Shown: piece by piece, positions 1 through 9,507 of the stretch
Layout of the letters: each line of letters opens with the position of its first letter
Numbering within the stretch: position 1 is the first letter of the stretch
NCBI GenBank assembly: GCA_043779185.1
Contig: JAYWEQ010000156.1
Coordinates: 6,087 to 70,086 of the forward strand
Source of the DNA: Pseudobdellovibrionaceae bacterium
GTDB lineage: Bacteria > Bdellovibrionota > Bdellovibrionia > Bdellovibrionales > Bdellovibrionaceae
DNA: 64,000 bases
Reading direction: 5' to 3'
The notes under the pieces: generated by a model
The model's input: only the letters and a program-made list of their open reading frames with translations
What the model was told of the DNA's origin: nothing
The model's database searches: none
Translations under genes and position numbers: made by a program

Positions 1-1307
1 CTGGTAAAGGTGTTGATGCCATCACGAGCGGTCTAGAAGGCGCTTGGACTTCAGACCCCACTCATTTTACAACTCAGTATCTAGATAATTTATTTAACTT
101 TGAGTGGGTGAAAACAAAAAGTCCTGCTGGGGCGACACAGTGGATTCCAAAAGATGGACTTGCTGCTAACGCAGTACCAGATGCCCATGATCCAAGTGTT
201 CGCCATGCGCCGATTATGTTCACGACAGATCTTGCTCTGAAATTTGATCCAAGTTATTCGCAAATTGCAAAGCGGTTTCAAAAAGATCCTAAACAATTTG
301 AGCTTGCGTTTGCAAAAGCTTGGTTCAAGTTAACTCACCGAGATATGGGTCCTCGTGCAAGATATCTTGGGAAGGAAGTTCCAAAAGAAGAACTGATTTG
401 GCAAGATCCGATTCCAGCGGTGAATCACAAATTGATTGATGCTGGAGATATCGCAAATCTTAAAACTAAAATTTTAAAATCAGGTTTAACTGTTTCAGAA
501 TTAGTTCGAACGGCTTGGGCTTCAGCAGCTTCCTTCCGTGGAACTGATAAGCGGGGCGGAGCTAACGGGGCACGTCTTAGATTAGCACCTCAAAAAGATT
601 GGGCTGTGAATAATCCTGAAGAAGTTTCCAAAGTTCTTGCGCGCCTGGAAGACATTCAAAAAGGCTTCAACAAACAAGCTGGCGGCAAAAAAGTTTCTTT
701 GGCCGATCTTATTGTTTTAGGTGGAGCAGCTGCTGTTGAGGAAGCGGCAAAATCTGGTGGTTACAAAGTGAAGGTTCCATTCACTCCAGGACGAATGGAT
801 ACAACACAAGAAAAAACTGACATCAGTTCATTTGCGGTGCTTGAGCCTAAAGCCGATGGATTCCGAAACTATTACGGCGAAGGCAACCCAATGTCGCCAA
901 CAAAAATGTTAGTTGATCGGGCCGATCTGTTAAGATTAACAGTTCCCGAGATGACAGTTCTTGTGGGCGGTTTGCGTGTATTAGATGCCAATTCAGGACA
1001 ATCAAAAAATGGTGTTTTTACTGGTAAGCCAGGAACCTTAAGCAACGACTTTTTCGTGAACTTGTTAGATATGTCTACGAAATGGGAAAAATCAGCAAAG
1101 GGCGAAGGGCTTTACGAAGGCCTTGATCGTAAAACGGGAGCTGTTAAATGGACAGCGACACCGGTCGATCTGATCTTTGGTTCTCTTGCAGAGCTGCGTT
1201 CTGTATCAGAGGTCTATGCAGCCAATGATGGCAAGGAAAAGTTTGTGCATGACTTTGTGAATGCTTGGAACAAGGTGATGATGCTTGATCGTTATGACGT
1301 GATGTAG
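1..1307 (+). CDS. katG: catalase-peroxidase KatG, C-terminal ~435 aa (5' end outside window)
   Basis: Frame is open from nt 3 ([22 protein letters not shown]...) into the listed [26 protein letters not shown] and [19 protein letters not shown] are typical KatG C-domain motifs. Confidence 0.95.
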   Translation, partial: GKGVDAITSGLEGAWTSDPTHFTTQYLDNLFNFEWVKTKSPAGATQWIPKDGLAANAVPDAHDPSVRHAPIMFTTDLALKFDPSYSQIAKRFQKDPKQFELAFAKAWFKLTHRDMGPRARYLGKEVPKEELIWQDPIPAVNHKLIDAGDIANLKTKILKSGLTVSELVRTAWASAASFRGTDKRGGANGARLRLAPQKDWAVNNPEEVSKVLARLEDIQKGFNKQAGGKKVSLADLIVLGGAAAVEEAAKSGGYKVKVPFTPGRMDTTQEKTDISSFAVLEPKADGFRNYYGEGNPMSPTKMLVDRADLLRLTVPEMTVLVGGLRVLDANSGQSKNGVFTGKPGTLSNDFFVNLLDMSTKWEKSAKGEGLYEGLDRKTGAVKWTATPVDLIFGSLAELRSVSEVYAANDGKEKFVHDFVNAWNKVMMLDRYDVM

Positions 1308-1337
1308 TTTTTTTAAGTATAATTAGTTAACTTAATG

Positions 1338-1370
1338 AGCCTTGTAGTTTTATTGCTACAGGGCTTTTTT
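1338..1370 (+). terminator. rho-independent terminator after katG
   Basis: agccttgtag / ctacagggct 10-bp stem (one G-U), 8-nt loop, followed by T6. Confidence 0.7.
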
Positions 1371-1442
1371 ATTGGACTAGAAAAATTTCTTGGATACGAT
1401 TAGTTCTAGCTTGGCTATCAAACTCTGAACTGTGGTGCAAAA

Positions 1443-1856
1443 ATGGAAAATGAATTTTGGATAAACCTTGCATCAAAGGATTTAAAAAAAGCCAAAGAGT
1501 TTTTTATTAAACTCGGTTTCTTGATAAATGATCGCCACTCGGCACCCCATATGGTCGGTCTGTTCTTGGGTCATAAAAAAGTTGTTCTTAATCTTTTCGC
1601 AGAAAACCAATTTCAGGGATTTATTGGCGGCCAAGCAGTGACTAAGACCGAACAATCCAATGAAGTGCTATTTTCAATTGGTGCGCAGTCTCCGGATGAA
1701 GTTGATACAATGGCAAAAAAAGCTGTCGAGGCCGGGGGAACCCTTTACGCTCAGCCGGGATACAAAGATGGCTGGATGTATGGTTGTGGCTTCAGTGATC
1801 TTGATGGTCATCGATGGAATATTTTGTATATGGATTTAAGTAAGATGCCAAAATAA
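1443..1856 (+). CDS. VOC (glyoxalase/bleomycin-resistance fold) family protein
   Basis: 137 aa. The N-terminal beta-alpha-beta pattern (WINLASKDLKKAKEFFIKLGF) and C-terminal DLDGHRWNI are typical of small VOC proteins. Confidence 0.75.
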   Translation: MENEFWINLASKDLKKAKEFFIKLGFLINDRHSAPHMVGLFLGHKKVVLNLFAENQFQGFIGGQAVTKTEQSNEVLFSIGAQSPDEVDTMAKKAVEAGGTLYAQPGYKDGWMYGCGFSDLDGHRWNILYMDLSKMPK

Positions 1857-1869
1857 TAAAGAGGACAAA

Positions 1870-2268
1870 ATGAAAGTTACTTTTTTTTATGCAGCCTTGC
1901 TAGCGACCCTATTCGTAGTTTTAAGAGTAAGAACAATTCGCCTAAGGCGGGCCTTAAAAATTGCGGTGGGTGATGCTGGCAATAATAAAATGCTTCGAGC
2001 GATCCGAGAGCATTCTAATTTTGCTGAGTATGTCCCATTAAGCCTTTTAATGATTTATTTTGTAGAAGCCAGCGGCGGCCATGCGCTTTTCATCCATAGT
2101 TTAGGCTTCAGTTTATTCTTAGCTAGGCTTTCACATGCCTATGGCCTTAGCCAGGAGACAGAAAACTTCAAATATCGCGTCCGAGGAATGCCCACCACTT
2201 TTGCAGTGATTATTTTGTGCTCTGGCTTTCTTTTATTTTCTTATCTTTACCAATTCTTAAAGTCTTGA
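1870..2268 (+). CDS. MAPEG family membrane protein (YecN-like)
   Basis: 132 aa, 3-4 TM helices, R(V)R..RR...IA.GD motif and NFAEYVPL motif. RBS gaggac lies 5 nt upstream. Confidence 0.8.
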   Translation: MKVTFFYAALLATLFVVLRVRTIRLRRALKIAVGDAGNNKMLRAIREHSNFAEYVPLSLLMIYFVEASGGHALFIHSLGFSLFLARLSHAYGLSQETENFKYRVRGMPTTFAVIILCSGFLLFSYLYQFLKS

Positions 2269-2309
2269 AATCGATCTTGATCAAGAGTACTTAGCTTCGT
2301 AGGAATCAT

Positions 2310-3457
2310 TTAAGCTTTGGGCAGAGTAAAATAAAATGTGCTGCCCTTTCCAACGGCAGACGTGACCCAGATTGTTCCGCCATGGGATTCGACCAGGGTC
2401 TTGGAAATGTATAAGCCAAGGCCTAAACCTGTTCTATTTTTATTGCCGATCTGCGCGAATCTTTCAAAGATATGATTTTTTTGATCCTCTGGAATTCCTG
2501 GTCCGGTGTCGCTGATGGAAACTTTGATTTCAACCGAACTTTCTTCGGTCGCCACTGTTATTGAGCTGCCTTCAGGTGTAAATTTAAGAGCATTGCCAAT
2601 CAGGTTCGATAGAATCTGAGCGACACGATCCCTATCGCAATTGATTAAACTGTCATCCATAGTGAATTTAGCGTGATTTTCTTTGCGGCGGCGACGTGAG
2701 CACAGCTTTCTACGGCTTCGCTGACAAGGTCACGTAATCTCTGCGGTTCTAATTGCAAATGAAGCTTGCCCTCGACAATTCGCTCCATGTCTAGGATATC
2801 GCTAATCAGCCGAAGAGAAGTGTCAGCGTTTCGTCGAATCATCTCAAGGTAGCGTTTTGCGTCGTCTCCAATTTTAACTACAGTCGGATCATCGATAAGT
2901 ATTTTGGACGCAGATAAAATAGCCCCGATCGGATTCCTTAAATCGTGGCTGACGATGGCTACGAATTCTTCTCGTGTGGTCAGGGCCGATTTTGTGTCCA
3001 AATGAGCAATCTTTTCAGCCGTCAAAAGGTTAGCCGCAATCTTAGTTTCAACATCGGCCTTGGTTCGTTCAAATAATAAATTTTTATCAGTGGACTGTCG
3101 TTCAAGACTAACAAGTTTACTTAATAAACGCTCTTTTTCGCCACGCTCGTGTTCTAAGGCTAAATCATTTTTTGAACGTTCCAACTCAATCGCACAATCT
3201 TCCAATTCCCTCGTTTTTTGTAATTGGGTATCGTTTGAATTTGGGGTGTCTTCGCGATGATCAACTTCAGAGCGGCTATGGATTCGCGCCGTATCAGCTT
3301 CAAGCCGATTTGCAGTCACTGCTTTGTCCATTTTAGATTCCGTGACGCCTTTGTAAGTGTCAAAAGACTCATCTGTTTTTCCACGCTCAACAGTTAAGCT
3401 ATCGTCGGTTTGAGCGCGCTCTTTTTTAAAGGGACTTTGAGGTGAGTTTTTTTGCAA
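2310..3457 (-). pseudogene. orphan cytoplasmic histidine kinase split by a frameshift between the DHp and HATPase_c domains
   Basis: ORF 2645-3457 carries a charged coiled-coil N-terminus and the H-box (FVAIVSHDLRNPIGAI). ORF 2310-2660 in another frame carries the N, G1 and G2 boxes (NLIGNALKFT, DTGPGI, GLGLGL). The two frames overlap at 2645-2690. TTG start with AGGAG RBS. Confidence 0.8.
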
Positions 3458-3657
3458 GGCAGGCTCCTAAGTTAATCGTCTTTAAAAAATTTAACGGTAG
3501 TGTATCACACTCTAACTGTGAAAGATTGCTTGGCACGCTAGGACGACTCAACTCACTGGAGATCACAATGGTGACCTAGTTCTACGGAGGCTAAGGCTAA
3601 TTTGCCCCAGAGCAACCTTTAGAAGCATTGTGAAAGACCCTATGATATCAATTAAAA

Positions 3658-5013
3658 ATGAAGCCAGATCTTAAGATTTCCAGAATCCTTCATGCGGGTT
3701 ATGTCTTCGAATGTGAAGGGACGCGCATTTTATTTGATCCTATTTTTGAAAACCCATTCAGTCGAAACTGCTTTGCCTTTCCGAATGTCACATTTGATTG
3801 TGAAAAAATAAAAGACCTTCAGGTTGCGGCGATCTTTATTTCTCATTTTCATGACGATCATTGCTCGCTTGAAAGCTTGAACTTCTTAGACCGCAAAACT
3901 CCGATTTATATTTACTGCGTATTTGAAGAGCTTTTCGTTCTGATCAAAGAATTGGGATTTATTAATGTCTATTCACTTGAAATAAATAGCCATGTTCATA
4001 TTCAATCCTTTCAAATTATTCCGCGAAGGGCTTTGGATGAAGATGTCGATTCTATATTTCATATCAAAGTGGCCAGTCTGAATATCCTTAATGTGGTCGA
4101 CTCGTGGATTGATGATTCGACTTTGACTCAGCTTCAAAAAGAGGCACCATGGGACATGGTTTTGTGGCCCTTTCAGACCATGCGCGAAATCGAAGTTCTT
4201 TCCCCCTCACGGGCAATGGCAGCCAGCAAAGAATTGCCGATCGAGTGGACCCTGCAATTAAAAACATTAAATCCAAGGTATATTGTGCCAAGTGCTTGTC
4301 AGTTTATTCAAGAAAGCTGGTCTTGGTACAATCACTCATTTTTTCCTATTTCCTATTGGCAATTTAAAGACTCAATTGAAAAAATACTTCCTGAAACTGG
4401 GGTTGTCAGATTGGATCCGTCGGTGTCTGTCTTACTTAATAAAAGCTGCATTATACCGTCAGAACCACTGAGCTGGGTGCAACCTGTGGGCGAACAAAAT
4501 GTGGATTATGAATACCATGATGATTTGATTCCGCCCTCAACCGCAGAAATTGCTCAATATTTTACGGCCCTGACAAGCGAGCAATCTGAAATCGTTTTTG
4601 ATTATTGTCGCTCAGGCCTTCTAAAAAAATATGCGGCCCTGCGGCCATCCGAGGAAATCTATTTCAAAAAGAAAAGACGATGGCGCCTATCTGTATATGA
4701 TCATCTTGGGGTCGCAACCCATTTCTTTTTCATAATTGATGGCGCAAATATTCAAGGGGCGGCAAATCATGATCAACCTTTAGCTTGGATGACAGAAGTC
4801 CCTATTTTTAAACTTTATGCAGCATTAAAGCTTGGAGAGGCCCTCTCTTCCATGTACGTAAGAATTAACGACGTCAGTTTTGAGTCCTGCATTGAAAAAG
4901 AAATTGTCGATGTTGATATTATCGAAGATCCTTTAGTTCGCAGTCTTTTTAGCGGCACCTTTGGCGGCTATCAGCTTGCGCAGCTTAAGAAAATAAAGGG
5001 AAAGAATCCTTGA
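3658..5013 (+). CDS. MBL-fold metallo-hydrolase N-domain fused to an uncharacterised ~200-aa C-terminal region
   Basis: HxHxDH motif (ISHFHDDHCS) about 60 aa from the N-terminus, as in Lactamase_B_3-type proteins. I do not recognise the C-terminal half. Confidence 0.7.
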   Translation: MKPDLKISRILHAGYVFECEGTRILFDPIFENPFSRNCFAFPNVTFDCEKIKDLQVAAIFISHFHDDHCSLESLNFLDRKTPIYIYCVFEELFVLIKELGFINVYSLEINSHVHIQSFQIIPRRALDEDVDSIFHIKVASLNILNVVDSWIDDSTLTQLQKEAPWDMVLWPFQTMREIEVLSPSRAMAASKELPIEWTLQLKTLNPRYIVPSACQFIQESWSWYNHSFFPISYWQFKDSIEKILPETGVVRLDPSVSVLLNKSCIIPSEPLSWVQPVGEQNVDYEYHDDLIPPSTAEIAQYFTALTSEQSEIVFDYCRSGLLKKYAALRPSEEIYFKKKRRWRLSVYDHLGVATHFFFIIDGANIQGAANHDQPLAWMTEVPIFKLYAALKLGEALSSMYVRINDVSFESCIEKEIVDVDIIEDPLVRSLFSGTFGGYQLAQLKKIKGKNP

Positions 5014-5903
5014 GCAAAGATCCAGATATAACTAGAATACAAATTTCAGTGGCCATTGAAGAATGTATTGAAAAATATATTTCTGAGGGCAGGGCCCGCT
5101 TGAAGCCATTTGTGGCGCGACATTTTTCCGTTCAAGAAACGATCCTCATTCAGAAAAAAACATTCTTAATTGATCTGATTTCAAATCCCATCAATTCACT
5201 GTGGTCCTTTTTATATTTGGCGATAAAAAAGATCATAGAAATTTTAGAAAAAATAGGTTGGACCTCATTAAGTTACTTATTTCTACGACTACCTAATGGC
5301 ATTAAGACGGGTTATCAAAAGAAGATTGAGCAAATGGTAGCCATTGAATTTTTGGGCTGGAATCCTGAGTCAAAAAAAGAGGATCATGGTTTATTGGCAA
5401 TGATGGCGCAAAATCCGATCCTTTCCCAGGTGATGGATTCAAAAAATAATCACTTATTTTCAATGACGGATGACTTTCGTGATGTGCTGGATCGGTACTC
5501 TGCGGGACGCGCCTTAATTTCTGATTTATCAGGATCTTTGTTAACCTTATTTGTTGGTTGGATTTATTTTGGCGATAAAAGTCTGGGGCTTATGGCATTG
5601 GGACATCGAATTGCTGCAAGGCTAGCGCAGGACAAGGCGGCCGACAAATTTTTTCTTGGCAAAAACCTTGGCTCGAGCTTTTATAAAGTGTTTCCACCCG
5701 ATCCGACAAGTTATCAGATTGTTTTAGCAACACTTTTTGTTGGACTTATGCTGACTGTATTTAGTTTGGTCACGACGGCTTTAAGCGACCCTTGTCTTAA
5801 AAAGTTAGGGATTCAAGAAAAAAAATTAGAAGCTTTTTTTGATGATCTTGAGATGACGTTGTCTCTTCAGTTTAAGCGCAAATTAAAAGAAATCTTTAAA
5901 TAG
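5010..5903 (+). CDS. hypothetical protein with hydrophobic segments, translationally coupled to the MBL-fold gene
   Basis: TTG start overlaps the upstream TGA (TTGA) and is preceded by aagggaaag. 297 aa with at least three hydrophobic stretches. No family recognised. Confidence 0.55.
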   Translation: MSKDPDITRIQISVAIEECIEKYISEGRARLKPFVARHFSVQETILIQKKTFLIDLISNPINSLWSFLYLAIKKIIEILEKIGWTSLSYLFLRLPNGIKTGYQKKIEQMVAIEFLGWNPESKKEDHGLLAMMAQNPILSQVMDSKNNHLFSMTDDFRDVLDRYSAGRALISDLSGSLLTLFVGWIYFGDKSLGLMALGHRIAARLAQDKAADKFFLGKNLGSSFYKVFPPDPTSYQIVLATLFVGLMLTVFSLVTTALSDPCLKKLGIQEKKLEAFFDDLEMTLSLQFKRKLKEIFK

Positions 5904-6031
5904 AATAATTTCCTCAGATTAATATTTTCTTACGGCGTTCGGACTCGCCAAGCCGGGGTTAGGGTGTTTAGTAAAACCTCAACCAAACCCTCAGATTGCA
6001 AATGAACCTGATCAAATAACCGGAGGAAAAA

Positions 6032-6835
6032 ATGACTTTAAGGAATGTATTTCAAAAAAAATTGAATGGGATGATTCTTGTTTTAGGATTTAGTGGATTT
6101 ATGTTGTCTGCTTGCGGACCGGCTCATCAGGAAAATCAGAACTCAGGTTTGCCTGATGATGCGATCACCAAGGGTCAAACACTGCGGTCCAATAATAGCT
6201 TGGGACACTTTATTGTCGCATTGGTTGCAGATCAAGACGAAGGACAAGCCCTTTGCACGGGCTCAATTCTTTCTCAAAATATGATTTTAACCGCTGCCCA
6301 TTGTGTTGAAGGTTCCCCATCTAAGGTTCAAATTATATTCGCAAATAATGTTAAAAAAGCAGATCCATCTCAGATAAGAATAGCCACGGCCATTTATCAA
6401 AATCCTTCTTGGCATCACCCAAGTGCTGATAAGAAAGGTGATCTGGCGATAATTAAGTTTTCTGGTGGTCTTCCAAAAGGTTTTTCACCGGCTCAACTTG
6501 CCAATGACCGATTTCAATTAAGCAAAGATCAAAATGTTTTATTTGCAGGCTATGGTGTCACCAACGGAACACAACAGACAGGCGCGGGTGTTTTGCGAAT
6601 GACAAAAACGACTGTTATTGGTCAAAAATCTAAGACGGAAGTGATCACCGATGGGCGCGATACAAGTGTTTGTTTCGGAGACTCCGGTGGACCAGGTTTT
6701 GTAGCCATCAAGAAAAAATTTATCCAATGGGGAGTCGCAAGTTCTGTTTTGAACCAGGCTTGTAATGAAGCGTCGATTCATACTTCAATCATGGATTATA
6801 AAGATTGGATTCGGGCAACGATGTTACGGCTTTAA
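6032..6835 (+). CDS. trypsin-like (S1) serine protease, lipoprotein
   Basis: LTAAHCV (His), GDLAII (Asp) and GDSGGP (Ser) catalytic motifs. Signal peptide with LSAC lipobox. RBS ggagga. Confidence 0.9.
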   Translation: MTLRNVFQKKLNGMILVLGFSGFMLSACGPAHQENQNSGLPDDAITKGQTLRSNNSLGHFIVALVADQDEGQALCTGSILSQNMILTAAHCVEGSPSKVQIIFANNVKKADPSQIRIATAIYQNPSWHHPSADKKGDLAIIKFSGGLPKGFSPAQLANDRFQLSKDQNVLFAGYGVTNGTQQTGAGVLRMTKTTVIGQKSKTEVITDGRDTSVCFGDSGGPGFVAIKKKFIQWGVASSVLNQACNEASIHTSIMDYKDWIRATMLRL

Positions 6836-7592
6836 TGATCTCTGCAACTTCTTTTGGTTTTGATAAAAGCGGCAGATGTCCTGATTGAATCGTTTCAGAG
6901 GCCGTTAAAGTGATCCGCTGAGCTATTTTCTTTTGAAACTCTGGAGCAATCACATGATCCTTACTGGTGAAAACATAGTATTTCGGAATGGCATTAAATG
7001 TGTCGTTTTTAAATTCGATCACGTCACCTAAGTTAAGCATTGATTCAGGAAAAACAGCAGGGAGGGCATCCTGATTTTTTGAAACCTCTGAATCCATGCC
7101 ATTCAAAAACTTCACTTTTGATTTGGGAGTGATGCGATCTTTCCCAACTTCCACAATCGACATATATAATTTTTGATCAGCGCCTTTCAGTTGATCCGTA
7201 GGGTGTTCACCATTTAACGGCACTAAAGCTGCAATATAGATGATCTTAGATATTTTTTCTGGGCATACACCGGTCATTTCATTGGCTGTGGCGCCGCCAA
7301 AGCTGTGGGCCACAACAGCTGTTGGACCTTCTAATTTATGACAAGCCATTTCGGCAATTTGTTTTAAGTGCAAAGGCTGGTTGGCGTCGCGACCCAGTCG
7401 CGGAAGGGCCAGGACGGAAAAGTGAGTTTCATCCAGATTTTTTGCAACGTCACTCCAGCTTGTTTCATCAAGATGTGAACCAGTGATCAAGATTAAATTT
7501 ACTTTTTTGTGAGAATTGACATCATTTTTTGAGGCACAAGATAAGGAGGTAATTATTGCCAGGGCGCTGAAGGTTCTAAAAATTAAATTCAT
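6789..7592 (-). CDS. alpha/beta hydrolase, secreted or lipoprotein
   Basis: Nucleophile elbow AHSFGG and an N-terminal signal with SLSC. The 3' end overlaps the convergent protease gene by 47 nt. Confidence 0.8.
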   Translation of the reverse strand: MNLIFRTFSALAIITSLSCASKNDVNSHKKVNLILITGSHLDETSWSDVAKNLDETHFSVLALPRLGRDANQPLHLKQIAEMACHKLEGPTAVVAHSFGGATANEMTGVCPEKISKIIYIAALVPLNGEHPTDQLKGADQKLYMSIVEVGKDRITPKSKVKFLNGMDSEVSKNQDALPAVFPESMLNLGDVIEFKNDTFNAIPKYYVFTSKDHVIAPEFQKKIAQRITLTASETIQSGHLPLLSKPKEVAEIIKAVTSLPESNLYNP

Positions 7593-7645
7593 TGAAATTT
7601 GTCCTTTGCTGAGGTCATTCTATATATCCAACTAAGGCTAAGGCG

Positions 7646-8842
7646 TTGACAACAAAAAAGTTAGAGAAAAAATTTATCCTTCTGATGTCATTTGCCGTTG
7701 GGGTTATGGCCGCAAATATTTATTATGCTCAGCCCATTTTGTCTTTGATTGCAGAATCTTTGGGACTGCGACCGGATGCGGCTGGCCTGATCATGACCTT
7801 GACCCAAATTGGTTATGGTCTTGGTGTTTTGTTTATTATTCCGTTAGGTGACTTGTTTGAGAATAAAAAATTGATCCTAACGATGATTGCACTGACAATT
7901 GTGGCTGAAATAACTTTGGGATTTGCTAGAACAGTTATTCCGTATTTTTTAGCTTCGATTGTTGCGGGCCTGGGCGCATCAGCTGTCCAAATTATTGTAC
8001 CCTATACCACCCATCTTTTCGATAGAGCGCAAAGAGGCCAAGTTCTTGGCAGCATCATGAGCGGTTTGATGCTAGGAATTATGCTTTCTAGGCCACTGTC
8101 TAGTTTGATGACGGATCTTGTTTCATTGCATGCTGTATTTTTTGTCTCAGCTACGATCATGCTCTTTTTATTTTGGCGCCTGGCTTATGTTTTGCCGGAA
8201 AGAAAACCAGGAGCAACAAATTTAAAATATGGACAACTGATTTGGTCCATGAAGGACTTACTGTTAACAACTGCAACGCTGCGGCGTCGGGCGATTTATC
8301 AATCTTTGATTTTCGGCGCATTTTGTCTTTTTTGGACGACGGTGCCTCTTTTGCTCATCAGCCCAGAATTTAAATTTACACAAAAAGGGGTGGCTCTATT
8401 TGCGCTGGCCGGTTTGGCGGGAGCCATTGTTGCACCCTACGCTGGAAAAATGGCCGATCGAGGTCTCACTCGAAAGGCAACAACCAGCGCCTTTGTTTTA
8501 GGTGTGCTTTCCTTTTTAATCAGTCACTTCGCTTATGAAAACACCGTTCTATCAATAAGCCTCCTTGTGATCGCAGCAAATTTCTTGGATGCGGCTGTAT
8601 CAGCGCATTTGGTACTGGGGCAAAGGGCCATTTTTATGATCGATCCAACAAATCAAAGTCGTTTGAATGGTCTTTATATTGGGATCGTCTATGTTGGTGG
8701 TGCTATTGGTTCTGCCTTGGGAGCTTGGGCTTATCTTCATGGAGGTTGGCAAATATCAACTTTTGTTGGAGCTTTATTTCCGGCGTGTGCCCTGGTCATG
8801 TTGTGGACTGAGAAATATTTTGGATATACAGAAGTGACCTAA
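7646..8842 (+). CDS. MFS transporter
   Basis: 398 aa, about 12 TM helices, G.L.DR..RR-like loop (GKMADRGLTRK). TTG start. Confidence 0.85.
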   Translation: MTTKKLEKKFILLMSFAVGVMAANIYYAQPILSLIAESLGLRPDAAGLIMTLTQIGYGLGVLFIIPLGDLFENKKLILTMIALTIVAEITLGFARTVIPYFLASIVAGLGASAVQIIVPYTTHLFDRAQRGQVLGSIMSGLMLGIMLSRPLSSLMTDLVSLHAVFFVSATIMLFLFWRLAYVLPERKPGATNLKYGQLIWSMKDLLLTTATLRRRAIYQSLIFGAFCLFWTTVPLLLISPEFKFTQKGVALFALAGLAGAIVAPYAGKMADRGLTRKATTSAFVLGVLSFLISHFAYENTVLSISLLVIAANFLDAAVSAHLVLGQRAIFMIDPTNQSRLNGLYIGIVYVGGAIGSALGAWAYLHGGWQISTFVGALFPACALVMLWTEKYFGYTEVT

Positions 8843-9507
8843 CACTGAAGCAGAAATTTTTTCCAAGTCAATATTTCAACGGGCTCTGTGGATTTTTTAA
8901 ATGCATTCAGGGCCATTGCTTGGCCAAGGGTTTCAACTTTAATGCTTCGGTATTGGTTGAAAGATCCTCTTAAAAGCGGATCCAGCCAGGGATAAAATTG
9001 CAGGGTCAGTGCCTGTGAAAATCCGTATCTATTTTTTGGAGTGACGATGATGGAAGGCCTAAAGAGGATCAGTCGATCAAATTTTAGATCTTTCAAGCGG
9101 TCTTCCAGCTGAGTTTTTACTCGCAGATAAAAAAGTTTTGAATTAATATTTGCGCCCACCGCTCCTAAAGAAGAAAAATGTTGAACGCCTTTTTCTTTGC
9201 ATTCTATTGCAAAATTTTGAGCGCAGTCCAAATCTGTTTTAACATACTGATCACGAGACACCTGGCTGGGTTGTCCTACGCCGAAAGTATTAAAAGCTAA
9301 TTTATGATCAGAAATAAAATGTCGGTAAGTCTTTGGATCAAAAACATCGACAATATGTTGAACCACCTTTAAAGACTTTGCGATTTCCGGATTGTCGTGT
9401 TGTTTCCGCACAATCAGTGTCAGACTTGAAATGTCTGAAAGTGTGATCAGTTTTTTTGTTTACGCAGTTCCAACGGCTCCTGTTGAACCAAGTAAAATGG
9501 CTTTCAT
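8839..9507 (-). pseudogene. NAD(P)H-binding Rossmann protein (HTATIP2/semialdehyde-dehydrogenase-like) interrupted by an in-frame TAA at codon 16
   Basis: The ATG at 9507 overlaps the upstream MFS stop (ATGA) and gives MKAILLGSTGAVGTA-TAA(9460-9462)-TKKLITLSDISSLTLIV. This continues in the same frame into ORF 8839-9411. Confidence 0.7.

Noticed and set aside
2275-2286. 12-bp perfect palindrome TCTTGATCAAGA between the convergent MAPEG and histidine-kinase genes.
   Set aside because: There is no loop, so it is not a terminator hairpin. It occurs once, and palindromes of this size are expected by chance in 64 kb.
4088-4471. Four 62-72-aa ORFs overlapping the MBL-fold gene on both strands.
   Set aside because: They sit inside a longer, motif-supported CDS, with no RBS and no recognisable families.
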